A DNA stretch of 64,000 nt from Acidobacteriota bacterium (GCA_965217775.1 CBDCJH010000002.1:5600001-5664000), one strand, 5' to 3'. Counted from the first letter of the stretch, positions 27,397 through 40,281 are shown. The notes: generated by a model not told the origin, from the letters alone. Numbers and translations are program-made.

Positions 27397-30038
27397 CCCT
27401 CAAACTCCGAACCGCCAAGCTGACAGCCGTCTCCGGATCCGGCCCGAGACCCAGGCACACACGGGGGATCCTGAGGATCGCAGCAACGGCCATGGCCGTT
27501 TTCTGCCTGATCGGTTTTCCGGGTCGCACGGTGGCCTTGCCGGGGGCTGCGTCAGAGAATCGGGGAGAAACGGCGAAGCCGGATACGGCAACAACGGACG
27601 CCCCTCAAGCCGCCGAGTCGGCCACGAGCGTACTGACCGACCCGACAGCCGGTCTGAAGCGAATCGTCCTGGAACCGGCGGAACTCGTTCTGGCCCATCC
27701 CGGCGCGACCCAGCGATTGGTGGTCACGGGTTACTACGCCGACGGGACTTCCCACGACGTGAGCCTCTTCTGCCGCTATGTCTCATCCTCTCCTCAAGTC
27801 GTCTCGGTCAGTTCCGATGGCGTCGTCCGGGCTCTGACGCCGGGACGCGCCGAAGTCGAAGCCTGGCTGGGGAAGGCTCGCTCCGGCCTCCAGGCACGCG
27901 TCTCCGATCAGGCCACCGAGGTGAGCATCAACTTCAGTCAGGACCTGCTGTCCATCTTTACTCAAAGGTCCTGCAACACTCCCACCTGCCACGGCGCAAT
28001 CACCGGGCAGGCCGGCTTCAAGCTCTCGCTGTTCGGTTACGATCCCCAAGCCGATTACGGGATGATCGTCGAAGCGGACGACGGCCGCCGGGTCGATCTG
28101 GAACACCCGGAAAAGAGCCTGCTTCTGATGAAGCCGACATTCAGCGTGCCCCACGGTGGTGGCAAACGGCTGACCCTGGACTCGGCCGAATATGGCACGA
28201 TCGCCACTTGGCTGAAGCAGGGAGGCCGTTACAACTCGGACGGACCTCGGGTGACCGACATCGCCATCTATCCCCGGGAGCGGATCCTGCTCGGTTTGGG
28301 GACCACCCAGCGCTGGGTGGTATTGGGGCGCCTGTCCGACGGGACCACGCGGGACATGACCGGGGAAGTCAAGTATCAGGTGGGAGACGACAACGTCGTC
28401 CAGGTGACTCCGGAGGGGGAGTCGAAGGCGGTCGGGCGCGGCCAGACTCACGTGATGGTCCGGGCTATGGGCCGGGTCGCGGTGGCCAGGGTTGGCGTTT
28501 TGGATGAGCCCCCAATGGCGGACTATCCTCCCCTGCCGGCTCACAACTTCGTCGACGAGGCCATGATTCGGCAGTGGAAAGAGCTGAATCTGGTCCCGTC
28601 GGAGATCAGCAGCGACGAGGAGTTCCTGAGGCGGGTCTATCTGGATGTGATCGGGTTGCTGCCGACAGTGGAAGAGAGTGAGCGCTTCCTGGCGGACCCC
28701 CGAGCCGACAAGAGGGCGGCCCTGATCGACGAACTGTTGGAGCGGGACGAGTACGCCATCTACTGGACGACCAAGCTCGGAGACAGTTTCCGCGTCCACC
28801 AGACAAACATTCCCAGTCGTGCGCAGGGATTATTCAAGAGATTCATCCGGACCTTTCTCAGGGAAGACCGCCCCTACGATGAGTTCGTTCAGGAGATACT
28901 GACCAGCACCGGAGACCAGACCAGGAATCCTGCAGCCATGTTCTGGTCCCCCATGTCCAACACCGTTCTGGACATCACCAATGTCAATCAGGTGACGACC
29001 ACGGTCAGCCGCCTCTTCCTGGGTATCCGGATGGAGTGCGTGGAATGCCACAATCATCCCCTGGAGAATCTGACCCAGGACAACTTCTTCGACTTGAGTG
29101 CGTTTTTCGGACAGTTGCGTCAGAAACGGGGATACGAGACCTACCGCCGAGTCTGGTGGCTGGACCCGAAGTCCCATTTTGTGCACCCGCGGACCAAAAA
29201 GCCGGTGCAGCCCAGAATCCCCTTCGACCCGGATTTTCCGGTGAGGACCAACGGGGACCACCGCAAGGACTTGGCGGCGTGGATCACCTCACCCGAGAAT
29301 CCCTTTTTCGCCCGGTCCATCGTCAACCGCATCTGGAGGGAGTATTTCAACCTGGGAATCGTGGAGCCCTACGACGATTTCCGAACCACCAACCCTCCCT
29401 CCAACGAGGCCCTGCTGGACGGATTGGCCCGGCATCTGATCGACAACGGATTTCGTCTGAAGCCGGTGCACCGGGCGATCCTCAACTCCATGACCTACCA
29501 GCGGACGTCCTCGCCCAATCCCCTGAACAAGCTGGATGCCCCTCACTTGTTCACCCGTTACAACATTCGGATTCTTCCCGCCGAGGCCATGCTCGATGCC
29601 TTGTCGCAAGTCGCCGGAGTCGAACACTCCTTCCAAGTCAGTCCCAAGGGAACCCGGGCCCAGGAGGTCATCTACTCCGACTACGCGGGTTATTTCCTGA
29701 GTATTTTCGGTTACCCGGAACGCTTGAGCTTGGAGGAGCGGCCCAAGGAACCCACGCTGAGCCAGGCCCTCCACATGAGATTCGGCGACACGGTCATGGA
29801 CAAGGTCCAATCGGATCAGAATGTGGTGGCCAAGTTGCTCGAGTCCGGCAAGTCCGATCGCGAGATCTACGATCATGTCTTCATGAGCGCCTACAGCCGC
29901 AGGACGACGGATCGCGAGTGGGACCTCGCCTCCAACTACCTCGCCAGCATGGATTCGCAGGGCGTGGAACGGAAGCAGATTCTTGATGACCTGCTTTGGA
30001 CCGTGATAAACTCCCAAGAATTCCTAGTCAATCATTAG
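27393..30038 (+). CDS. DUF1549/DUF1553 protein with Ig-like repeats
   Basis: DEEFLRRVYLDVIG, CVECHNHP, NPFFARSIVNRIW, QALH, INSQEFLVNH motifs. Confidence 0.9.
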   Translation: MTLKLRTAKLTAVSGSGPRPRHTRGILRIAATAMAVFCLIGFPGRTVALPGAASENRGETAKPDTATTDAPQAAESATSVLTDPTAGLKRIVLEPAELVLAHPGATQRLVVTGYYADGTSHDVSLFCRYVSSSPQVVSVSSDGVVRALTPGRAEVEAWLGKARSGLQARVSDQATEVSINFSQDLLSIFTQRSCNTPTCHGAITGQAGFKLSLFGYDPQADYGMIVEADDGRRVDLEHPEKSLLLMKPTFSVPHGGGKRLTLDSAEYGTIATWLKQGGRYNSDGPRVTDIAIYPRERILLGLGTTQRWVVLGRLSDGTTRDMTGEVKYQVGDDNVVQVTPEGESKAVGRGQTHVMVRAMGRVAVARVGVLDEPPMADYPPLPAHNFVDEAMIRQWKELNLVPSEISSDEEFLRRVYLDVIGLLPTVEESERFLADPRADKRAALIDELLERDEYAIYWTTKLGDSFRVHQTNIPSRAQGLFKRFIRTFLREDRPYDEFVQEILTSTGDQTRNPAAMFWSPMSNTVLDITNVNQVTTTVSRLFLGIRMECVECHNHPLENLTQDNFFDLSAFFGQLRQKRGYETYRRVWWLDPKSHFVHPRTKKPVQPRIPFDPDFPVRTNGDHRKDLAAWITSPENPFFARSIVNRIWREYFNLGIVEPYDDFRTTNPPSNEALLDGLARHLIDNGFRLKPVHRAILNSMTYQRTSSPNPLNKLDAPHLFTRYNIRILPAEAMLDALSQVAGVEHSFQVSPKGTRAQEVIYSDYAGYFLSIFGYPERLSLEERPKEPTLSQALHMRFGDTVMDKVQSDQNVVAKLLESGKSDREIYDHVFMSAYSRRTTDREWDLASNYLASMDSQGVERKQILDDLLWTVINSQEFLVNH

Positions 30039-30052
30039 GGATACAGTACGCC

Positions 30053-31342
30053 ATGAGAATCTATCCTGCAGAGTTGTCCTGCAGTCCGTCCCGAAGGGAC
30101 TTCATCCGCATCGGCATGGTGGGTCTGGGAGGCTTGAGTCTCACCAGCTTGTTGCGGCAGCAGAGTGCATTGGGATCGAAGAAGAGAGATCTCAACTGCA
30201 TCGTGCTGTTCCAGGCGGGCGGTAACAGTCAGGTCGACACCTGGGATCCCAAGCCGGACGCCGAGGCGGAGATTCGAGGCTATTTCAAGGCGATTCCGAC
30301 CGTGATCCCGGGGATCCATTTCTCCGAGTTGTTGCCCGAGTCGGCGAAGCGGCTCGACAAGTACGCGGTGATCCGGTCCATGTACTCGGACGATGCGGTC
30401 CACGAGAGCGCCCAGCAATACGTGATCAGCGGCACCAAGCGTAGAAATGACCTGGTTCATCCCGCTCTGGGTTCGGTCCTGGCTCATGAGTGGGGCTCCT
30501 CGGCAGGCCTTCCACCCTATGTCGCCATTCCCAAGAACAGCCGTTCCGGTGGAGCCGGTTTTCTGGGTTCGGTCTATGATCCCTTCCAATCCGGAGATCC
30601 CAACCAGAAGAACTACTCGGTCAAAGACCTGACTCTGCCGCTGGGAATGAAACTGGATCAGGCCCGGGCCCGATCGGAGCTGCTGAACGCTTTGGACAAC
30701 CGTTTCCGCAAGGTGGAGAGCTCCGGTCTGCTGGATCGGATGGATCAGTTCTCCCAGAAAGCCCACGACCTGGTGAGTTCGCCCGCCGCCAAGAAGGCCT
30801 TCAACATCTCCGAGGAGAGCGAAAAACTGAGGGACGCATACGGGCACACCACGGTGGGACAGGGATCCCTGCTGGCGCGCCGGCTGATCGAATCCGGCGT
30901 TCGTGTGGCGACGGTCTTCCACGGCGGCTACGACACGCACTTCGACAACAAACCCGGGATGGAGAAGGTCAACATTCCGTTCGACCAGGCCTTCGGCGCG
31001 CTCTTGGACGATCTTGAGAATCGCGGCCTTTTGGAAACGACGCTGGTCCTGGTCCTCTCGGAGTTCGGACGGACGCCGCGCATCAACAACCAGGCAGGAC
31101 GGGATCATTGGCCACGATCGTTTTCCGTGGCTCTGGCTGGAGCCGGAATCAGCGGAGGAGTGGTCTTGGGCAGCACCACACCGACCGGTTCCGATCCCCA
31201 CGACCGGCCGGTGTCGGTGGAAGATCTGATGGTTACGGTCTACCGTATCCTGGGAATCGACCCGGAAGGGGAGTTCCATGCCGGCGGGCGCCCCGTCAAG
31301 ATCGCCACCAACGGCAAGTTCGTCCACGAGTTGTTCTCGTAA
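30053..31342 (+). CDS. DUF1501 protein (Tat-type signal)
   Basis: SRRDFIR, GGNSQVDTWDPKP, YDTH, SEFGRTPRIN..GRDHWP motifs. Confidence 0.92.
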   Translation: MRIYPAELSCSPSRRDFIRIGMVGLGGLSLTSLLRQQSALGSKKRDLNCIVLFQAGGNSQVDTWDPKPDAEAEIRGYFKAIPTVIPGIHFSELLPESAKRLDKYAVIRSMYSDDAVHESAQQYVISGTKRRNDLVHPALGSVLAHEWGSSAGLPPYVAIPKNSRSGGAGFLGSVYDPFQSGDPNQKNYSVKDLTLPLGMKLDQARARSELLNALDNRFRKVESSGLLDRMDQFSQKAHDLVSSPAAKKAFNISEESEKLRDAYGHTTVGQGSLLARRLIESGVRVATVFHGGYDTHFDNKPGMEKVNIPFDQAFGALLDDLENRGLLETTLVLVLSEFGRTPRINNQAGRDHWPRSFSVALAGAGISGGVVLGSTTPTGSDPHDRPVSVEDLMVTVYRILGIDPEGEFHAGGRPVKIATNGKFVHELFS

Positions 31343-31345
31343 ACA

Positions 31346-31418
31346 GGAGCGGCGGCTTTCTTGCCGCCGATCTTACGACCGGGCATCAGGCAAAAGACGA
31401 CTGGCAGGTCGTCCCTCC
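31346..31418. repeat. Inverted dimer of GGAG REPs
   Basis: GGAG CGGCGGC TTTCTT GCCGCCG (+) and GGAG GGACGAC CTGCCA GTCGTCT (-). Confidence 0.78.
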
Positions 31419-31489
31419 AGATCACCCCTTCGATACGCTGGGCACGAGCCACGCCGCCACCCAGATGCGGCGGAAGCGTCAAAATTGCC

Positions 31490-33414
<1,925 letters not shown>

Positions 33415-33418
<4 letters not shown>

Positions 33419-35154
33419 GTCCGGTTCTCTGGAGAGGGAATGTGATCCGGGAATGGGTCAATACGAAGGCGGCCGGAAGGGTAGTCCGAGCTCGCAAGTG
33501 CGGGTACCGATGGAGGTGGGTTGCCGCGACGCTACTGTCGCTCACTCCCGTTACCGCCGCGCCAGAAGAGCCCACCAGTCCCGGGATCGTCTACGAGGAA
33601 GTCCCACCCCAGTCCAGCGGCATCCATTGGGTTCATGAGAATGCCATGTCGCCACAGCGGCACTTGCCGGAGACGGTGGGGCCCGGCTGCGCCATCTTCG
33701 ACTACGACAACGACGGATGGATGGATCTGTATTTGGTCAACAGCGGAATGTCCGACTTCTACACTCCCGCCACGCCGCTCCGGAACGCCCTGTACCGCAA
33801 CGGCCGGAATGGGACCTTCACCGACGTCACCGAAGCAGCGGGCGTCTCAGGCGGCCGATTCGGCATGGGCGTCGCGGTTGCCGACTACGACGGCGACGGC
33901 TGGCAAGACCTCTACGTCACCAACTACGGACCCAACGACCTCTATCGCAACAACGGCGACGGTAGCTTCTCCGAAGTGGCCACGGATGCGGGCCTCCTGG
34001 CTCCCGGATGGTCCACCAGTGGGGTGTGGTTCGATTACGATGGAGACGGAAGGCTGGACCTGTTCGTCTGCAGCTTCGTCCGCTACGACCAATCCCTCAG
34101 CCGGCTCTGCTTCGATCACCTGCGAAAACGGACCTACTACTGCTTGCCGACCCTCTTCGATCCCACCCCCAGTCATCTCTTTCGCAACGACGGCAACGGC
34201 CGCTTTACCGACGTCAGCCGGGAGTCGGGGATCGCCGGGCACCCGGGCAAGGCGTTCGGAGTGGTGGCCACCGACGTCAACAACGACGGGCATCTGGACC
34301 TGTTCGTCGTCAACGACACGGTGGCCGACTTCCTCTTCGTGAATCAGGGAAACGGGACCTTCCGGGAGATGGGCCTCTGGGCCGGAGTCGCGTTCGACGA
34401 CGGCGGCAAGCCGCGCTCCGGGATGGGCGTGGATGCCACCGACTACGACGGCGACGGCCTGCAGGACCTCTTCGTCTCCAATATCGACCACGAGGTGTTC
34501 AGCCTGTACCGGAATCAGGGAGACTTGACCTTCACCGACGAAGCAGCCGACGTAGGGAAACTGACCTGGCTGCTGAGCGGTTGGGGACTGCGCTTCTTCG
34601 ATGCCGACAACGACGGCGACGAGGACCTGTTCCTGGCCAACGGCCACCCGGACGACATGGTGGAGAAGTTCCGGCCGGGGCTGGGGTACAGGGAACCCCT
34701 CCTCTATTTCGAAAACGTCAACGGCCGCTTTCACGACCGCAGCCCCCAATCGGGAGCCGTCTTCTCTCGCACTTTCTCCGCCCGGGGACTGGCCACCGGG
34801 GACCTGGACAACGACGGCGATCCGGACCTGCTCATCACCGACAACGGCGGACCGCCGGTAATGCTCCTGAACCGGGGAGGCGACCGCAACCATTGGCTTG
34901 GCCTCGATCTGGTGTCCCGCCACGGCCACACCCCTGTCGGCGCCGTCATCACCTGGTCGGCGGGAGGGGTCGAGCGCCGTCGCCTGAAGCGGGCGGGTGG
35001 CAGCTACCTCTCCTCCAGCGATCCCCGGGAGATCCTGGGTCTGGGCCCGGCCAAAGCTCTCGACTGGGTGGAGATCCAATGGCCCAGCGGCGCCAAGACG
35101 AGGCTGACCGACCTCCAACCGAACCGCTACCACAAGATCCACGAGTCTCACTAG
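33415..35154 (+). CDS. CRTAC1-family protein (FG-GAP + ASPIC/UnbV)
   Basis: [17 protein letters not shown] repeats, [17 protein letters not shown]. Confidence 0.9.
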
Positions 35155-35288
35155 GAGGGGGGACATCCCTGTCCCCCATACTCCAAGAGGCGGTTAAAAA
35201 CCCCCTATTTCGTCGAAACTAACCTGTAGTCGTTGGGATTATTGTGTCCAACGCTATGAAGATTCGGGGGTTGGAAAACCCCCACTCC
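35154..35288. repeat. GGAG REPs at the 5' end of the RAYT gene
   Basis: 35154-35177 (+) GGAG GGGGGAC ATCCCT GTCCCCC; 35265-35288 (-) GGAG TGGGGGT TTTCCA ACCCCCG. Confidence 0.78.
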
Positions 35289-35945
35289 CATTTCGACCCC
35301 TGCGGGAAGATCGACGTCACCGAAAACCGCCTTCCCCACTGGCAGCAACGTAACGTCTTCGTCTTCGTGACATGGCGCCTGGGAGACTCGCTGCCCCAAG
35401 TGAAACTGGATCAGTGGAAGGAGGAACAGGGTATCTGGCTGAAACGCCACCCTCGTCCTTGGGATGCGCGAACGGCAAAACGCTACCACAAGCGGTTTTC
35501 TCGACGAATCGAGGACTGGTTAGACCAGGGAAGTGGCTCCTGCATCTTGAAGGATCCGGTTCTGGCGAAGGTGGTGGCTGACGCGCTCCGTCACTTCGAC
35601 GGCGAACGCTATGAGTTGGCTTCCTTCGTCGTGATGCCCAACCACGTCCATGTGCTGTTTCGTCCTCTTGGTACCCACGAAATTCCAAAAATCGTGAAAT
35701 CCTGGAAGTGGTTCACAGCGCGGCAGATCAACAGGAAAACGGGAAATTCGGGCACCTTTTGGCAGGAAGACTATTGGGACCGTCTGATCCGGCACCCGCT
35801 GCACTTTTCCTGGTGCGTGGAATACATTAGTGAAAACCCAACAAAGGCCGGATTGCGAGATGGCCAGTTTCTTCTCTTCGAGAAAGCTGTGAGGACGGAC
35901 ATCCTTGTCCCCCAAGAGGCGGGGGTAAAATACCCCCGCTCCTAA
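35256..35945 (+). mobile_element. REP-associated tyrosine transposase (RAYT/TnpA-REP, Y1 HUH)
   Basis: RLPHW..FVTWRL, MPNHVHVL (HUH), FWQEDYWDRLIR, YISENP (catalytic Tyr); flanked by REPs. Confidence 0.88.
35890..35942. repeat. REP pair at the 3' end of the RAYT gene
   Basis: Degenerate TGAG GACGGAC ATCCTT GTCCCCC (+) and GGAG CGGGGGT ATTTT ACCCCCG (-). Confidence 0.7.
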
Positions 35946-37522
35946 GGCAAACTCGGATCGATCTTCCGCATGCCCGGCTTGCGGCTCGATTTGGGCTTTC
36001 GCTTCTGCAGCAGGTCGAACCGGTCGAAGTACTTCCGGGCGGTGGCCGGATCTTTCAACCGGTGGTGGAGCCTTCCCATCAAATAGTGGGTCTCCACGTG
36101 GTCGGGATTTTGAGCCAGGGCCTTCTGGAGATGCCCGAGCGCCCCACCGGCCTCCTTCCCTTTCAACAGGATGCGGCCCTTCTCCAAGTGCAGCAGGAAG
36201 GAATCGGGATTCAACTCGATTCCTTTGTCCAGCCATTCCAACGCTTTGCCGGTCTGACCCGAACGGGAACGGGCACTGGACAACTGGTGCAAGATTTCCT
36301 CTTGGCCGGGTCTAAGCCGTAGCGCCTCGAGCAACCTTTCGGTGGCCTGGTCGAACTGGTCCAGGGAGTTCAGGGCGGCTCCCAGATAGTAATGGGTTTC
36401 CCAGTTACCGGGGTCCCGCACCGTCAGCCGTTGGAGGACCTCCTTGGAATCTTGGAATCGGCTCTGGTCTACATAGAGCATGCCCAGCCGCAACTGGGCC
36501 GAGGAGGAAGCGAGGGGCTTCAGAATCCGCTCCCCCTCGTCGTTGTACTTGAATCGAATGAGTATCCGGGCCGCTTCCTCTTGTTCGTCCGGACTGAGGT
36601 CCAGTCGGTTCAGGAAGGTGAGGGCATCGTCGGAGCGCGCCAACCAGAAGAGCTGCTCCGCCAGCCTCAAGCTCAATTTATTGTCGAGCTTATTCCGGTC
36701 TACCTTCTCCAGCACTGCCGAAGACAGTTCCAGATCGCCCCGCTCGAAGGACAGCCTGGACTTGAGAATGAGCAGCTTGGGATCGTGAGGATTGAGTTTC
36801 AGGGCTCGTTCCACCTGTCCCGCCGAGATCTCCACCACGGCGAGCTGGGTCAGGTCGGGGTCCAGATCCGCCGCGCTTCTCAAGTGCTCGGCGGCTTCCC
36901 GCAATTGTCCCTGCGAGACCAGAAACTTCCCCAAGGCGTAACGGACCCGGCCTGAATCGGGGGCGAGACGATAGGCTCGGAAGAAGGCCGTCCGGGCCTC
37001 TGACAACTTTCCGACCCAGGCGTAAGAGGAGCCGAGTTTGGCCAAGGCCTCGGCAAAGTTGGGGTCCAGTTCCAACGCGTCCCGGTACACTTTGATGGCT
37101 CGCTCCCACTCGCGCTCCTGGCGCAACCGGTCTCCCTCTTCCTCCAGACGGCGAGCCCGCTCCTGGAAATCAGCCGGCATGCGATAAAGCAGCGCGTAGT
37201 CGTAACCGGAACGGAAAATGGAACTGTAGGCGCCGGGACCCAGCCCCGCGGCGGCCTGTCGAAACTCGCGGTTCATCCGGGTCAGGGAAATACTTCCCAG
37301 ATAACCGCCGTCCGCAGCCGTACGGTCGATGGAATGTCGGCGCGCCAGATTCGCAAATGATGCCCCGCGGTTCAATTCCTGGAGGATCTGCTGGGCCAGA
37401 GACAGGTTGCTTACCACCAGAATGCGCAGGAAGATGCTCTTTCCGTCCGAAGAGGGAACCGCCGGGACGGAGACGAGCAAGACCAGAAGGCAAAACACAC
37501 CGGCACTGAACGGCCGTCTCAT
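35942..37522 (-). CDS. Exported parvulin (PpiC)-like domain + TPR protein
   Basis: GASFANLARRHSID.TAADGGYLG..EFRQAAAGL followed by TPRs. Confidence 0.85.
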   Translation of the reverse strand: MRRPFSAGVFCLLVLLVSVPAVPSSDGKSIFLRILVVSNLSLAQQILQELNRGASFANLARRHSIDRTAADGGYLGSISLTRMNREFRQAAAGLGPGAYSSIFRSGYDYALLYRMPADFQERARRLEEEGDRLRQEREWERAIKVYRDALELDPNFAEALAKLGSSYAWVGKLSEARTAFFRAYRLAPDSGRVRYALGKFLVSQGQLREAAEHLRSAADLDPDLTQLAVVEISAGQVERALKLNPHDPKLLILKSRLSFERGDLELSSAVLEKVDRNKLDNKLSLRLAEQLFWLARSDDALTFLNRLDLSPDEQEEAARILIRFKYNDEGERILKPLASSSAQLRLGMLYVDQSRFQDSKEVLQRLTVRDPGNWETHYYLGAALNSLDQFDQATERLLEALRLRPGQEEILHQLSSARSRSGQTGKALEWLDKGIELNPDSFLLHLEKGRILLKGKEAGGALGHLQKALAQNPDHVETHYLMGRLHHRLKDPATARKYFDRFDLLQKRKPKSSRKPGMRKIDPSLP

Positions 37523-37653
37523 TGGAGACTATTCTAGCAGTCCCAAATAAAGGTGGCTTTCCTCCTGTCGTCGACGTTTCCTCCAATGCCGCGACGCGCG
37601 GCCCCGGGAAGAAGGGGTTTCCCGGATCTGGTAGCCTCCTCCCCGGAGGCGCC

Positions 37654-38931
37654 ATGAGACACATCTCGTTTCCGGCCGTCGTTTTCCTGCTTGTCATCTC
37701 TCCCGCCTGTGATTCCGAGACGGAACCGAACGACGGGCCCGATCATCGGATCAAGATCAAACTGGGCAAGAGCCTGCAGATCCTGCCCGTGGGCAGAGCC
37801 GCCGGAATGATGAAGTTGCTCCGTCATCCCGACGGCACCCTCTACCTGAATACCCAGTCCGCAGATCTCTCGCGGGGATTGGCCAAGAGCACCGACGGAG
37901 GGAAAACGTGGACCGTCCTTCCCCTGAACTTCGAGGAGGCGCCGCCGCGGCAATTCGCGTCCGGTTTCGGCATCACTCGCGACGGACGCCTCTGGATGCT
38001 GCACCAGCAGTTGCGACTGTACGGGCAAAAAGAAGATCCGGACGAGGACAGGACGGTGTTTCTCTCCCATTCCGACGACGGGGGCATGACCTGGAAGAGC
38101 CGGCCGTTCGAGTATGGCCGGTTCTCCCCTGGAGCGCCCGAGGATCCCTACACTTCAATGGATGTGGCGGCCTGCTTCCCCAACTTCGTCCAGAGGCCCG
38201 ATGGGATGCTCATGTTCTCGGCCAGCATGCGCTATTCCGATTGGGAGGACTACGGACAAGAGGACCAGTCACGCCCCGGGATCCGCGACGTTCTGGTCCG
38301 GTCCCGGGACGGTGGAGAGACCTGGGACGATCCGACCATCGTTCACCTGCACGCCACCGAGACCGATTACGCCGTCGACCCCGCCGACCCGGATCGCATT
38401 CTGGCCATGACCCGAAAGCAGCGGCTGTTGCTCCCGGCAGAAGACCGGGAACAGGCGGAGAAGGAGGCCCTCATCTGGGGGACTCGTTTCTCCGGAGCCG
38501 AGTGGCTCTGGAAGGGGGGCTTGTTGCTGGAGTCGACCGACGGCGGGCGCAGCTTCCGGGAGATCCCGGGCAGCTACGCCGGCTACTATGCGCACCGCGG
38601 GGCCATCCTGTGGACCACGAACAACGTGGTTATCGTGACCCACAACACCGGCTACTACCATGACTCGGTACCGCCCGTCCCCGCGACCTGTGCCCGGATC
38701 AGCCTGGACGGAGGCCGGACCTGGGTGGACGGTACCCGGAGCGGGACCAAGCGGATGAATCAGTCCACGCAATTTCTGGAGATCGTCGGCGCGGCCACCA
38801 TCGAGCTGGAGCCCGATCGCTTCTTCACCGCGTACAAGATCATGGCGGAGCCCCGGGGGGACCGGACCCTGGGATCGGTGCAAGGGTTCTTTTGGGAGCT
38901 TGAGCGGGCCTCCGGAAAGCCCTCCCGGTGA
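37654..38931 (+). CDS. BNR/Asp-box (sialidase-like) lipoprotein
   Basis: Lipobox ISPAC; STDGGKTW, SDDGGMTW, SRDGGETW, SLDGGRTW; GGAGG RBS. Confidence 0.85.
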   Translation: MRHISFPAVVFLLVISPACDSETEPNDGPDHRIKIKLGKSLQILPVGRAAGMMKLLRHPDGTLYLNTQSADLSRGLAKSTDGGKTWTVLPLNFEEAPPRQFASGFGITRDGRLWMLHQQLRLYGQKEDPDEDRTVFLSHSDDGGMTWKSRPFEYGRFSPGAPEDPYTSMDVAACFPNFVQRPDGMLMFSASMRYSDWEDYGQEDQSRPGIRDVLVRSRDGGETWDDPTIVHLHATETDYAVDPADPDRILAMTRKQRLLLPAEDREQAEKEALIWGTRFSGAEWLWKGGLLLESTDGGRSFREIPGSYAGYYAHRGAILWTTNNVVIVTHNTGYYHDSVPPVPATCARISLDGGRTWVDGTRSGTKRMNQSTQFLEIVGAATIELEPDRFFTAYKIMAEPRGDRTLGSVQGFFWELERASGKPSR

Positions 38932-40281
38932 TCACCCGGCCTCGGGCGGCTCCTCCGGGGCGTTCTCCAAGTGCCAGAACACCGCCCGCAGCCCCAACCA
39001 GGGGCAGTCTCCGACTTCAGTGCCCTGTGGACACGGACTCTTGGGCGCTTCGTAGTATCGCTTCAGCGACTCGTTCTCCCAGTAGGCGTACACCGACATG
39101 AAGTGATTGGGCGACAATTCCAACATGGGACTGGTGAAGGAGACGGTGAGGGGCGGCGTGAGGAGTGGGTGCCTCTTCGCCTGATTGAACTCCCGCGTAC
39201 CCTCTGAAGTCCCATCCACCCAGGTCCGGCCTCCGTCCAGGCTGATTCTCAAAACCCGGCTGGAGTTTTTGCGTTGAAAGTTGGCGGCGACCACGACCAG
39301 GTTGTTGCTGCCCCAGACGATGGTCGCCCGGTGCCCGTAGAACTCGGTCAAGCCGCCGGGCACTTCATGGAAGGTCCGTCCGCTGTCAGTGGATTCCATC
39401 AGCAGGCCGTTCTTGTAGATGGAAGGCATGTCGGAGGGCATGTCGGAGGGGGCGCCGGTTCTCTTGATGGTCGCCTCCCGGTCCTCGCCGGCCAGGAGCT
39501 CCCGCTGGGTTCGGGTCATGGAGAGGATCCGGTTGGGATCGAAGGGATCCAGGGCGTGGCCCACCTCGGTGACGTGGGGGTGCATGATACTCACGTCTCC
39601 CCAGGTCTTGCCCCCGTCGCTGGAGCGGAAGATCGTCTCGCCTCCGAAGTCCAGATCGGCACGCATGAGTCCGTCGATCCGGTTTTTGGGGTCCTTGTAG
39701 TAGGACCCGTCGTAGCGGAAACCCACCGAAAACATCAGGGTGCCGTCGGGCTGTTCGATGAAGGTGTTGTAGTCGTTGTAGCAGTAGACGTACGGCTGCT
39801 CCATGCCCCGCGATCCCAGAGGCCGGAAGTCGATGGGCGTCGTGTTCCAGGCCTCGACGTCGGCGGACCAGGAGACGAATAGCTCTTTCGGGGTGCTCTG
39901 ATGCAGGAGCCAGAGGCGTCCGTCTCGAGTGACCCCCGAACCGATCAGGCGTTGGCCGGGCGGAGCATCGGCGAGATTCAGCCGCACCGGTTCCCAGGTC
40001 TCGCCCTGGTCCGTGCTCTTGAAATATCCTAACGCCTCACCCGTCCCCTGGGTCTCGGTGTTCACAAAGATGGTCCCGTCCGGACGGCGGACCATTCCCA
40101 CCATCTCATGAGCCAGGCCGGTCTCGGGGCCGGGTTCGATGATGCTGACCTCCTTGTCGATCTTGAGGACCAACCGCTCGGGATCGAGTGCTTCGACCTC
40201 CTGAGCGGTTTCCGGCGGGGAGCAGGCGGTGAGAGACAGGAGCAGGGTCATGATGAAGATGCGATAAGTCGGCGAAGCCAT
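38932..40281 (-). CDS. BNR/Asp-box (sialidase-like) lipoprotein, paralog of the preceding gene
   Basis: Lipobox LTAC; STDQGETW, SSDGGKTW, ISLDGGRTWVDGT. Confidence 0.85.
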   Translation of the reverse strand: MASPTYRIFIMTLLLSLTACSPPETAQEVEALDPERLVLKIDKEVSIIEPGPETGLAHEMVGMVRRPDGTIFVNTETQGTGEALGYFKSTDQGETWEPVRLNLADAPPGQRLIGSGVTRDGRLWLLHQSTPKELFVSWSADVEAWNTTPIDFRPLGSRGMEQPYVYCYNDYNTFIEQPDGTLMFSVGFRYDGSYYKDPKNRIDGLMRADLDFGGETIFRSSDGGKTWGDVSIMHPHVTEVGHALDPFDPNRILSMTRTQRELLAGEDREATIKRTGAPSDMPSDMPSIYKNGLLMESTDSGRTFHEVPGGLTEFYGHRATIVWGSNNLVVVAANFQRKNSSRVLRISLDGGRTWVDGTSEGTREFNQAKRHPLLTPPLTVSFTSPMLELSPNHFMSVYAYWENESLKRYYEAPKSPCPQGTEVGDCPWLGLRAVFWHLENAPEEPPEAG

